Shown here in pieces: positions 51,331 to 64,000 of a stretch of DNA of 64,000 nucleotides (position 1 is its first letter; each line of letters starts with the position of its first letter). A program made the translations under genes and the position numbers. Below the pieces are notes generated by a model, which ran no database searches, was not told where the DNA came from, and saw only the letters and a list, made by a program, of their open reading frames with translations. Origin of the DNA: the human T2T-CHM13v2.0 reference genome, Homo sapiens; NCBI RefSeq assembly GCF_009914755.1, contig NC_060927.1, one strand, 5' to 3'.

Positions 51331-54300
51331 TTTCTTTCTTTTCTTTCTTTGTCTTTATTTTCTCTTTATTTTACTTTAAGTTCTGGATACATGTGCAGAA
51401 TGTAAAGGTTTGTTACATAGGTATACATGTACCATGGTAGTTTGCTGCACCTATCAACTCATCATCCAGGTTTTAAGCCCCACAGGCATTAGGTATTTGT
51501 CCTAATGCTCTCCCTCACCTTGTCCCCCACCTCCAACAGGCACTGATGTGTGCTGTTCCCCTCCCTGTGACCATGTGTTCTCATTGTTCAACTCTCAATT
51601 ATGAGTGAGAAGATGTGGTGTTTGGGTTCTGTTTTGCTGAGAATGATGGTTTCCAGTTTGATCCATGTCACTGCGAAGGACATGAACTCACCCTTTTTTA
51701 TGGCTGCACAGTATTCCATGATGTATATGTGCCACATTTACTTTAACCTGTCTTTCATTGATGGGCATTTGATTTGGTTCCAAGTCTTTGCTATTGTAAA
51801 TAGTGCTGCAATAAACATAGGTGTGCATGTGTCTTTATAGTAGAATGATCTATAATCCCTTTGGGTATATACCCAGTAATGGGATTGCTGGGTCAAATGG
51901 TGGTTCTGGTTCTATATCCTTGAGGAATCACCACAGTGTCTTCCACAATGGTTGAACTAATTTACAGTTCCACCAACAGTATAAAAGCATTCCTATTTCT
52001 CCACAGCCTCGCCAGCATCTATTGTTTCCTAACATTTTAATAGTTGTCATTCTGACTGGCGTGAGATGGTATCTCATTGTGGTTTTGATTTGCATTTCTC
52101 TAATGATTAGTGATGATGAGCTTTTTAAATATATGTTTGGTGGCTGTATAAATGTCTTCTTTTGAGAAGCGTCTCTTCATATCCTTTGCCCACTTTTTGA
52201 TGGGGTTGTTTGTTTTCTTCTTGTAAATTTATTTACGTTCCTTATAGATTCTTGATATTAGCCTTTTGTCAGACGGGTACATTGCAAAAATTTTCTCCCA
52301 TTCTATAGATTGCCTGTTCACTCTGATGACAGTTTCTTTTGCTGTGAGAAGCTCTTTAGTTTAATTAGATCCCATCTGTCAATTTTGGCTTTTGTTGCAA
52401 TTGCTTTTGGTGTTTTAGTTGTGAAGTCTTTGCCCATGCCTATGTCCTGAATGGTATTGCCTAGGTTTTCTTCTAGGGTTTTTATAGTTTGGGGTTTTAT
52501 ATTTAAGTCTTTAATCCATCCTGAGTTAATTTTTGTATAAGGTGTAAGGAAGGGATCCAGTTTCAGTTTTCTGCATATGGCTAGCCAGTTTTCTCAGCAT
52601 CATTTATTGAATGGGAGATCCTTTCTGACAGCACCTGTATTAGGAGCATATATATTTAGGATAGTTGCCTCTTCTTGTTGCATTGACCCTTTTTGTAATG
52701 CCCTTCTTTGTCTTTTTTTTTAATCTTTGTTGTTTTAAAGTCTGTTTTATCAGAAACTAGGATTACAACCCCTGCTTGTTTTCCTCTCCATTTGCTTGGT
52801 AAATATTCCTCTATCTGTTTATTTTGAGCGTATGTGTGTCTTTGCACATGAGTTGAGTCTCCTGAATACAGCACATTGGTGGGTCTTGACTCTTTAACCA
52901 ATTTTCCAGTGTGTTTCTTTTAATTGGGGCATTTAGCCCATTTACATTTAACTTTAATATTGTTATGTGTGAATTTGATACTGTCGTCATGATGCTAGCT
53001 GGTTATTTGGCACATTAGTTTATGCAGTTTCTTCATAGTGCCATTTGTCTTTATATTTTGGTGTGTTTTTGCAGTGGCTGGTACTGGTTTTTCCTTTCCA
53101 TATTTAGTGCTTCCTTCAGGAGCTCTTGTAAGGCAGGCCTGGTGGTGACAAAATCCCTCAGCATTTGCTTGTCTGGAAAGGATTTTATTTCTCCTTTGCT
53201 TGTGAAGCTTAGTTTTGCTGTATATGAAATTCTGGGTTGAAAATTCTTTTTTTACGAGTCTTGAATATTGGCCCCCATTCTCTCCTGGCTTGTAGGATTT
53301 CTGCAGAAGAGATCTTCTGTTAGTCTGATGGGCTTCTGTTTGTAGGTCACTTGACCTTTATCTCTGTCTGCCCTTAACATATTTTCCTTTATTTCAACCT
53401 TAGAGAATCTGATGATTATGTGTCTTGGGATTATCTTCTTGTGGAATATCTAGTGGTGTTCTCTGTATCTCCTGAAATTGAATGTTAGCCTGTCTTGCTA
53501 GGTTGAAGAAGTTCTCCTTAATAATATCCTGAAGTGTGTTTTTCAACTTGGTTCCATTCTTCTCATCACTTTCAAGTATACCAATCAATCATAGGTTTGG
53601 TCTTTTCACATAGTCTCATGTTTCTTGGAAGCTTTCTTCATTCTTTTCCATTCTTTTTTCTCAAATCTTGTCTGCACACCTTATTTCAGCAAGGTGGTCT
53701 TCAATCTCTGGTATCCTTTCTTCCGCTTGATTGATTTGGCCATTGATACTGTGTATGCTTCACAATGTTCTCTTGCTGTGTTTTTCAGCTCCATCAGGTC
53801 ATTTATGCTCCTCTCTAAACTGGTTATTCTAATTAGCAGTTCCTGTAACCTTTTCTCAAGGTTCTTACCTTCCTTGCATTGAGTTAGAATATGCTCCTTT
53901 AGTTCAGAGGAATTTGTTATTAACCACCTTCTGAAGCCTACTTCTGTCAGTCTGTCAATCTCATTCTCCATGCGGTTATGCACTCTTGCTGGAGAGATGT
54001 TGCGATCATTTGGGGGATAAGAGGCATTCTGGTTTTTGGAATTTTCAGAGGTTTTGCACTGGTTTTTCCTCATCTTCATGGATTTATCTACCTTTGATTT
54101 TTGAAGCTGATGATGTTTGGATGGGGTTTTTGTGTGGGGTCTTTTTTTATTGATGTTGTGGTGTTGTTGCCTTCTGTTTGTTAGTTTTTCTTCTAACAGT
54201 CAGGCCCCTCTTCTGCAGGTCTGCTGCAGTTTACTGGAGGTCCACTCCAGATCCTTCTTGCCTGGGTATCATCAGTGGATGCTTCAGAATCAGAAAAGAT

Positions 54301-55407
54301 TGCTGCCTGCTCCTTCCTCTGGAAGGTCATCCCAGAGGGGCACTGGTCTGATGCCAGACCTCTCCTGTATGAGGGGTCGGTCGACCCCTGTTGGGATGTC
54401 TTTCCCTGTCAGGAGGCATGGCAGTCAGGGACCCATTTGAGGAGGCAGTCTGTCCCTTAGCAGAGCTACTGCCCTGGGCTGGGAGAATCCCCCTCATCAG
54501 GATCAGCTGCTCTCTTCAGAGTCGGCAGGCAGGAACGATTAAGTCCACTGAAGCTGCACTTGCAGCTGCTCCTCCCCCCAGGTGCTCTGTCTCAGGGAGA
54601 TCGGAGTTTTATCTGTAATCCCCTGACTGGGGCTGCTGCATTTCCTTCACAGATGCCCTGCCCAGTAAGGAGGAATCTAGAGAAGAAGTCTGGCCCCAGC
54701 TGTTTTGCTGTGCTGTGGTGAATTCTGCTCAGTCCAAACCTGCTAGTCTCCTTAGTCCTGTCAGGGGAAAACCACCTATTCAAGCCTCAGTAATGGCAGA
54801 TACCTCTCCCCCCACCAAGCTTGATCATCCCAGGTCAATTCCAGACTGCTGTGCTGGCAATGAGAATGTCAAGCCAGTTATTCTTAGCTTGCTGGGCTCC
54901 TTGGGAGTGGGAACCGCTGAACGACCACTTGGCTCCCTGGCTGTAGCCCCCTTTCCAGGTGAGTGGACTGTTCTCCTGTGTAATTGGGGTTCCAGGCAAT
55001 GCTGGGAAAAAACTCCTGTAGCTAGCTCAGTGCCTGCCCAATCAGCCGCCCAGTTTCGTGCTTAAAACCCAGGACCCTGTTGATGTAGGCTCATGAGGGA
55101 ATCTCCTGATCTGCAGATTGCAAAAATCCATAGGAAAAGCATAGTACCCAGGGTGGGTAGCACAATCCCTCATCACTTCCCTTGGCTGGGGGACAGAGGT
55201 CCCCCAACTCCTTGCAGTTCCTGGGTCAAACGATGGCCCACCCTGCTTCTGTTCGCTCTCTGTCGATCGTGTCTACTGCCTAACCAGTCCCAGTGAAACG
55301 AATTGGGTACCTCAGTTGGAAACGCAGAAGTCACCTGCCTTCTGTGTTGGTCTTGCTGGGAGCTGCAGACTGGAGCTGCTTCTGTTCGGCCATCTTGGCC
55401 CCTCCCC
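51331..55407 (-). mobile_element. Primate L1 (L1PA7/8-like) with both ends present and most of ORF2 deleted
   Basis: Complete 5' end (minus strand ggggaggggccaagatggccgaa); ORF1 fragment MRKNQCKTSENSKNQNAS; deletion junction near 52625-52631; 3'UTR and poly(A). Confidence 0.96.
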
Positions 55408-58400
55408 TGATAAATCATTTTTTAATTAATGAAGGCTATAGTCAAGAAAAAAAGTGTTCTTTTGTTGGAATGGTAATTAATTTATTGACTCGATAATAAA
55501 ATATTATACCTAAATGTATTGGGCAGCCTGCAGATAAATTAAACATTTAAAAAATGGCTGCTTATAGATACAGCATTAACTGTCCAGTGAATCTCATACC
55601 TCACCAGTCCCCATTACCTTACGTTTGTGAATTTCATATATTTCAGTAAATGCATAGTTTCTGAACACATGAAAATCTGCACACTTTTAAAGAACTATTA
55701 ATTGTCAGTTGTGTTTTATTTTTTCTCCCTGAGGGCCACAAACATCCAGTAGATTATGTGAAAGGATTTGCACATAGACATAATGGTTGAATTTAAACTT
55801 AAAATTCCCAGGTGTTCATCCTTCAACATTGCTTCTTTCTCTTCCACCTAAAAGACTGTGCTGAAGTATCAGGATGAGCTAAACAATCCAGCAAAATAAT
55901 TTGCAAATTGGAACCCAAAGTTTTAGCAGCTGACTGCAACCTAACCTACTGTTCAGGGGATTAATATACCCGGGAAGTAAAAGAAAAAATGGCCAAGTCA
56001 AATATCTGATTATATTTGGTATAATAAGGATAATAAATAGTTCTCATTTATAGAATACATTTAACAGATATGGCAGGGCTACATAGCTTGCTCATAGTAA
56101 ATATATCTAGAATTTATGCATTTATGGGACATGACCTGATAGAAAACATCATATCTTTGATACACTTTTATTGGAGTGTAAAACAGAGATGTTTCATGAC
56201 TGAAGTAGTTCCCTTTGTGCAAGTGATGTTTCAAATGTATCATTTTGAACTCACATTCTACGTAGGGGCAAAAGTCAGTCCTAATGTGGTGAGGAAACAT
56301 ATCACGGTTTATGTTGATAGTTTCAGATTTCTCTGTGCTTTACCTCTTTCTTCCTAGTATTTATATCATCTGAAGTGTTAGTAAAGTTTGGGACTAAGAG
56401 ATGTATCTGTTCTTTTGAGTTTGATTTAATAATCTGAGCCTGTGTTCTATCTCAAACTGTAATGCTTTAATTTCATTAGCAGCAGTCTTTCACTGATTAT
56501 TTAAAACATCCTTATAGGTATATACATATAGGAATCATAGCTATAAAGAATTCAGCCTGACAGGATTGGAGTTCATTTTTAGGAGTACTGGTATAAAGAA
56601 CTTAGTAAGTAAGGTGTTCATAGCATAGAGATTGTGAAAACCTGGATTATAAATTCGATATTTGCAATCATGGGCAATGTAAATTATTATGTGATTTGCC
56701 ACATTGGTTCTTACGTGTTGGTACAAGCAATATTTTAGATTAGTCATGACTATGACCAAGGAAGCCTACTAGTCAATTCAGCTAAAGAACTGTTGCAGTC
56801 ATCCAGATATTTAGGAGACAACAGCTTGAGTTAGGGTGCTCAACAGGAGAAATGAAGTAAAAATAGAGATTTGAGAAAAATTTCAAAGAAAGAATCAACA
56901 AGGCTTAGTGACAGATTGAATACATACAATAAAATAAGGAACAGTGAAAGATGGTTACAAAATTTCTGTTTTAGAATCTGAAATGTCTTGTATACAATTC
57001 TGCACCCCCCAAAAAAACTTCATTACTCTGGTTTGGATTAGGGAGTGGATTTTGATCCACAAAGTAAAATGTAAACAAAATATTTTCTTGGCTGATTGAG
57101 ATTGCTGTTCGTAAGTAAGACACATAAGATATGCTATTAATAGCAACATTAGAGATATTATATAGCTGATATTTTCAACATATCAAACAAGAGTATTGAA
57201 AACTTTTCAATTGTATTGAATTTGTAAAATTACACAAATTACGTCTAGCTTTGCCCCCTTAAGGTTTTATGGAAGTCTTCTACAATTTTAATCTTATATT
57301 TTATATCACATTAATTCATTTGAAATTGACCATGCTTTAAACATGATTATAGGCAATGGGAATATATATGCTATTAAGATCACATACTCAAAATTTAAAA
57401 TGTATTAAGCCATTTACTGAGCATTGCGTTGCATAAAGGGAAAAAGGGCATGCTCACCATCTCACATGCTTTGCAACCCCCAAACCCTAGTTTCTCAACA
57501 GGCAAAAATTATAGGATTTCATTTATATATATAGAATCCTTGACCCATTGCAAAACTTGCATGTGGTTAACAAAGGGGAAGTGTCCCTATGACACTTAGA
57601 AAGAGAAGGGAGATTTAATTTTGCTGTTCTAAATTAGCAAATTTAAGAAGGTATTCTGAAGGAGGTACTTAAGTCACTAATACAATCTATTTGAAAAGTT
57701 CAGAGTGTTTATGCTATAAATTTTATAAATGATGGCAGGAACCATCATTTGGTTGATTCTTTTGCTTTCTTTCTCTAGCTACTGAAGCTAGTTCTGTGTC
57801 ATTGAAGAGGGGCAAATATAAAAATGACATCTTTTTCAGATCTCAGAGAAATAAAAAAAAACACCCTAAGATATGCTTCCTTTTTTCCTATATGGTGCTA
57901 TTTCTCATTGTAAGAAAATCTGAATAATTGTGTGTGACGGGGAGAATTATGTATTTGCGTTTTAACTAATGTTACATTTCAGTTCACTGCACTTGTGAAC
58001 AATGTAATTTGGTTGCATTCTAACCAAATCTGTGCATTTTAATTATGGTTCTAACACCATCTAATGTTGTGGAATACTTATGTAATCATTTCTTTTTATG
58101 TAGTTCAGAGGTAAATTATCTATTTTAAATTAATAAGATTTACATGCTAAAGCAGAAATCATCAAGAAGTCTGCAAATCTTCTCAAAAGAGTGAGATGCA
58201 ACATATTAGTATACCTGGAGAAGCGTTTGCTTTTAAAGTCATTCTCTGCATTTTAGGAACTCTTTTGGCTCAGTGCACACAGTGAAAGAATGAGTCACAT
58301 AGTTGGTGTACTAGTTTCCTGATTGACAGAACTCTGAAAATACCACCTGCTCTAAGCTGTTCACTGAGGGATATGGGAACTATAATTGTATTTCTAAAGG

Positions 58401-59014
58401 CAAAATAGTCCCTAAGGCAGGGTTTCCTAAGCATTCCACATCATAGGACACAGAGAAAATAATAAGATGCATATGTCACTAGGGCATAAAGGGACCAGAA
58501 AATGGATGCATGGAGGTGACTGTTTGGCCATTCCAGTGCCCCCCTGGCTTTCTCAAATCTGAGGGCTCTTATAGTACAAGACTGTCAAATTCAGTTATTT
58601 AGTAATTATCAAAATGTCATATTCTTATGGTGGACTGGTGAATATTATTTACATGAAAAAGATGAATTATGAATGCCATGTCCTTATGTCAAAGAAAGCA
58701 GTAAATTATTAGTGGAAGAAACTTACACGAATGAATTTTTGCCTTTTGAAAAAAAGACAGACACTTTGCTATACTAACTTTTTTAATAATCAAAATCTAA
58801 AAAATTAGTACTAATACAGAAGTTATTAGAAATCCTGGTGTAAAAAAGTCACATATGGTATTAACTATATGTCCTCCTTTATCAACTTATTATAAAAATT
58901 AGGTTAGATTTTAAAAATTATAATTAATATAACAGTTCTCCAAGCTCTCATGGCACTTTATAATTGGAATTTCAGTTACCTTTGCAGAAATGCCTTACAC
59001 TACTTTTCTTTGTG

Positions 59015-59525
59015 CACCCGTACTACAGCTGTTTTCTATTACTGGGTAACATAACAAGCAATGATTAAGACAATATACATCTATAATCTCATCTTTCTGT
59101 TGGTCAGAAGTCTGGTGGGCTGTGCTGTGTTCTATGCTCGGCAATCCCAAGATGTTGCTGGGTGGCTCAGTGTCCTCTTCCAAGCTCACGTGTTGTTAGC
59201 AGGATTCATTTCCCTGAAGCTATAGAGCTCTTAAAGCCTGAATCTGCATATCCAGCAAGAAAGGGTATCTCTGAATCTCCCTTTTAAGAAGTCACCTGAT
59301 TAGATCAGGCCTACCCAAGACAATTTCCTTTCGACTAACACAATGTATTAGAGACTTAGTTACATCTACAAAAATCCTTTTTTGCCAGTGAAAGTAACAA
59401 AATTGTCAAAATGATATTCGCATATTCACAGGTGCGGCCACACTCAAGGATTGCATATTACATGTAGTGTATATATCGAGATGTAGGAACCTTGGAAGAT
59501 CATCTTAAAATTTCTGTCTACCACA
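59015..59525 (-). mobile_element. MLT1 (E/F-like) MaLR LTR
   Basis: tttctgttggtcagaagtctgg; cacctgattagatcaggcctacccaagacaat; terminal catcttaaaatttctgtctaccaca. Confidence 0.75.
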
Positions 59526-60369
59526 GCAGCCAAACTGAACTACTTGGTCTTATTTGTTCATCCCTCTCATGTTTTCTAAATACTATTATTTATGTAGTTC
59601 CTTCTGTCTGAAATGATACCTTTTCCTCAAATTTACATGTATACCTATTATACAGTCTTTTATTCAACATTTGACATAAATACCATCTCACTGAAGAAGG
59701 TGATTCTCCAAAGAGCTCAGTGTTTTTTAACTGTATGTTGATTTTTATTGTGCTGTGAAAGTAGCTTAATGAGTGAATATCCAATGTTAAACATAAAAAG
59801 GATATAATAGAATGGAAAATATTTAAGTGTATTACATATAGTAAAGGTAAAATCTGGTTCTGTTACTTTTTTTATATATATTCACACAGTGTAAGATGAA
59901 TTTATTACTGTGAGTTGAAGCAAAAAGTTTTAGAAACACTGCTGCAGCAAATCTCTAATGCCAGTTGTCACTTTCTCACTTGAATTACAGTATCTCTTCC
60001 TATTTTATATCTGTACTAGATTTCTCATTCCTTCGAGGAAGAACTGTCTCATTTTTCTCTGTATCGCTCATAAGAGATAATCTAGTGCCTTGTACATAGT
60101 ATGAATTCAATAAAAATATAAAGAACAAATGAAAGTAAAGTTTGTTTTATGTTTCAAATTTTGATTTCCAACAAATCAAGTTAAATATAAATTGTCTTTC
60201 TTCCAGTTTTCCTAATATTATATAAAAATGTCCTATTATTTAAACATGAGAAGTATTTTTATTAATAAGAAGTCATTATAAATGTTCACGTGGCAAAATA
60301 TAGAGGCTCAAATGATTAATCAAAATTATTTCCCCATGAAATCATTGAATTTCTAAAGAAGAATTACGT

Positions 60370-60640
60370 TTTCATTCAGCAGATGTTTATTATGTGTTGG
60401 TGAGTTCAAGATACTGCTCTGGGCACCAGAAATATAACAGAGCATACTACTGAAGGTCCTTGACCTTAAAGAGCATGTAGTCTACTGGGAGAGATGGTCA
60501 ACATAGAAGTGAAGGGATTACACTATGACTACCATGATGAAAGGCAGAGCTCTGTGATAGAGCATTACAGAGAAGACCTACTGTAGGGAGGCAGCCAACA
60601 AAATCTCTCAGGAGGAGAAAGCTAAGTCCTAAAGAACTTA
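60370..60640 (-). mobile_element. L2 3' fragment
   Basis: ttcattcagcagatgtttatt...ggtccttgaccttaaagagcatgtagtctactggg. Confidence 0.6.
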
Positions 60641-61431
60641 GTATTTGTGAAACATTTTAATTCAGGGCCAGAAAATACAACATTCAAAGGTAATTTACTG
60701 TGTAATAATATAATTATGTCTTGGTAGAAATAATTTAATTTTTCATTAGGAGTTCTTATGTTATTCAATGGTATATAGAGTCATTCAATGAATATTACAT
60801 TATTATAAGCATATTTATTTGTGCATCTATTAAGAACTGAAACTTCTCTCCCTCTCTCTCACACACACAATCTCTTTCCATATTTATATACATATGCATA
60901 CAGATAGAATTCAAATCATATATTTTCATCATTTGCTCATATTTGAAAACATTAAAATGCCTACTTGATTTTTTACTATGTATTTTAAAATGTAAACATT
61001 ATTACATTTAAGTGCCATAAGTTATCTGACATTTTAATTTTAATTTGGAAGACATAAACTCCATTTCAGTATTTTCCTTTTACACATTCTTCAGTTCTTT
61101 GTACTCTAACTCAAAGTTTACTCTCATTGAGGAGGCAGAGTTCATGAAATTATTCTTTGAAACCTGCATTTTCAAACATTTTGATGTGAGTTTAGACTTT
61201 ATAGGTCCTATCTTTTCACACAGAAAATTCAATGAATTAAATATTATATTTCCAAATAATTTATTCTTATTTTTTTCTGAAGTAAAAGCTTGTTCTCCCT
61301 GAAACAATAGCTCAAATTCAGAAATATTACGTATTTGGGAACCTCAATAAATATTTCAAAAATATATCATTCCACATCCTGGGTAGAATGTCCAGATAAA
61401 TGCATCAAAAGTATGTTTCAAATAAAAAATA

Positions 61432-61959
61432 TTTTATTTTATTTATTTATTCTTCATAATTTCAACTTTCAGATTCTGTGGGTACATGTGCAAATTTGTT
61501 ACATGGGTATATTGCATGATGCTGATGTTTGGGGTATAATTGATGCTGTCACATAGGTAGTGAGCATAGGACCTGATTGGTAGTTTTTAACCCTTGCCTC
61601 CCTCCGTTCTTTTACTCGTTTGGGGTCCCTAGTGTCTATTGTTCCCATCCTTGTGTGCATATGTACTAATGTTTAGCTCCCACTTACAAGTGAATACATG
61701 TAGTATTGGTTTTCTGTTACTGCGTTAATTTGCTTTGAAGAATGGCCTCCAGCTGCATCCATGTTGCTGCAAAGAACACCATTTTGTTCTTTTCTATGGC
61801 TGCATAGTATTCCATGGTGTGTATGTACTACATTTTCTTTATCCAATCCACCGTTGATAGGCACCTATGTTGATTCCATGTCTTTGCTATTTTGAATAGT
61901 GCTGTGATGAATATACAAGTGCATGTGTCTTTTTTATAGAATGGCTTATTTTCCTTTGG
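61432..61959 (-). mobile_element. 5'-truncated L1 (L1PB/L1PA16-17-like) 3' end
   Basis: 3'UTR gggtacatgtgcaaatttgttacatgggtatattgcatgatgctga; ORF2 C-terminal YSLVSGS. Confidence 0.92.
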
Positions 61960-62759
61960 AAAAATAATTTTAAATGTACACTACAGACACAATATTATTA
62001 TGCCATATATATCCTTACTTTCTGGTCATATTCTGATTTTCACCTTAAGAATGAAAGAAGGGGTGCATCAATATAATTAATTGCTGGTTTCGACTTCCTT
62101 TTAGAGATTGGAACATGCTAGTTCTCTGCTTTAAGACTTGTAATCCTTACTGAATTAAATGCAAACAACTCAGCAAAGGATTTAAGGAGTTTCTGAATAT
62201 GACTCCTGCATCTAATTCTAGTCTATTTGCCAACTACCCCCTTCGCAGACCCCGCATTTTATCCAAACAGATATTATTCATGTTATTTTCTAAGCATGAT
62301 CTGTAAAGTCCAGTGTCTTGGCTTTTGCTCTTGTTATTCATTTGCTCATGAAATTCCTTACCTTTCTAACTGCCTTAATTTAACCCATCCTTCAAAGTCC
62401 AGCACCAATATAGCTATTTCTGGGAAGACCCTGGATTCCATAGATGGAGTATAATCTCTTCCTCCTTCATGTCCCATAAAAATCTATTCTGGATTCTGTT
62501 ATGGCAGCTGTCATTCTCTACTTGCATAAATACTTTTGTGCATTTATCATTCCTCCACTACTAAAATGTAAGTTCACTGTTTTCTTTTTAGTCCACTTAC
62601 ATTCAATGGATATTCTCTGAAAATTGTTTTTCAATACCAGCTCAGGAAAATGGTATGATATATTAGGCTTTGATTTGTAAGCTTTAAAAAGTATTTAAAC
62701 ACTATTTTTTTCATGAATTATTTAAGCTTATATTTGTTAGTAAACAAATTACTCATTTT

Positions 62760-63066
62760 TTAAAATTTAATTTAATTTTAAGTTCCTGGATACATGTGCA
62801 GGATGCGCAGGTTTGTTACATAGGTAAATGTGTGCCATGGTGGTTTGCTGCCCCATCAAACCATAACCTAGGTATTAAATCTAGCATGCATTAGCTATTT
62901 ATCCTGATACTCTACCATCTGCCCCCTACCCAACCCCACCAGTGCGTGTCGTTTCCCTCCCTGTGTCCATGTGTTCTCATTATTCAGCTCCCACTTACAA
63001 GTGAGAACATTTGGTGTTTGGTTTTCTTTCCCTGTGTTTGTTTGCTGTGGATAATGGCTTCCAGCT
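62760..63066 (-). mobile_element. 5'-truncated L1 (L1PA10-13-like) 3' end
   Basis: aagttcctggatacatgtgcaggatgcgcaggtttgttacatagg; TSD-like attactcatttt / attaatcatatt. Confidence 0.92.
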
Positions 63067-64000
63067 ATTAATCATATTTTAACAATTATTTTAAATATTT
63101 TATTCTTCAATTTTGCCCAAAAGTCATTTGGCAGATTATGTTAGTTTTCCTGTGCTCTATTGTTATTGCTTTGCTTCAAGCAAATTTAAAAACCAAACTG
63201 TTACCTTAGGGGATAGTACCTTTCATCTTATTCTTAACTATTTATTTTTCTCCAATAAAATAAGATTTAAAAAATTGTTTAATAAATATTTGGTGTAAAT
63301 AAATACATACATAAGAAATCAGTAAGCATCTGTTGTAGTTACTAAGTTCGTGTGAATTTGTATGATTCCATATTCTTTACGTTTTTATTATTATATGCTT
63401 TGTAATATAAAAAATAACTGAAGCTAGAGTGAATTAGTGCTTAATGGTTTTATATTAAGTGCTACAAGGAAGTTATATTTCTGTATTTATATATCAAACT
63501 GAAATAAATATGCCTCAGTATTACACTATAACAAGATCAGGGAGTAAACTAGAAAATACACATAAAATATCCTTTTGTTTGCCTGTGAGAACTATACTAA
63601 GAACATTTCCTAGGAAATTGGAATAGATTGAAATATGCAGCCTGATACATGAATGATAAAATCCATTTTCATTACTTAAACTCATAAAGCTTGTGAGTCT
63701 TGTTCCACATCTGTTTCTATAATAAATTTTTACCACTTTCTTCTAAGAATGACTTCTAAGATTATGTGTTTATTAAAGGGTATGTGATGACAGCCTAAAT
63801 AAAATGACGTAGGAACTGCAAAGTCTTAGTCAGGATATCACCCAAACAAAGGGAAAAAAAAAAGACTGCCTTTATGCCTGGGCATATAGAGAGTCTGGTG
63901 TTTTTTTCTGGATAAAACAAAAATCTCCTCACATGAAGTTTTAGCTATAGACATTGCAAAAGCCGCGTGAGGAATGTGATTTATTATTCTATTAAGGAAG

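Overview
AT-rich, CpG-poor primate (human-like) nuclear DNA. It carries no recognisable intact protein-coding exon, RNA gene, CRISPR array or prokaryotic system. Much of it is interspersed repeat: six primate L1PA/L1PB copies all on the minus strand (one near-full-length, two internally deleted), four Alus, a solo ERV9 LTR12, a THE1 LTR nested in an L1, an ERV-L pol fossil with an LTR16-like LTR, and older L2/MIR/MLT/L1ME/hAT fragments. Most long ORFs in the track are repeat-derived. Two things are not explained by repeat annotation. (1) Two independent loci (about 14.3-15.2 kb and 47.4-48.1 kb) have near-identical inverted copies of nearby DNA joined to self-folding (TA)n tracts; at the second locus the TA tracts appear to have arisen de novo inside an L1. 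(2) A candidate LTR12-driven spliced plus-strand transcript: promoter motifs, a variant LTR poly(A) hexamer, a CAG|GTGAGT donor, a TACTAAC branch point with acceptor, and downstream AATAAA. Subfamily calls come from recalled consensus sequences, not from an alignment run; boundaries of old repeats are approximate.
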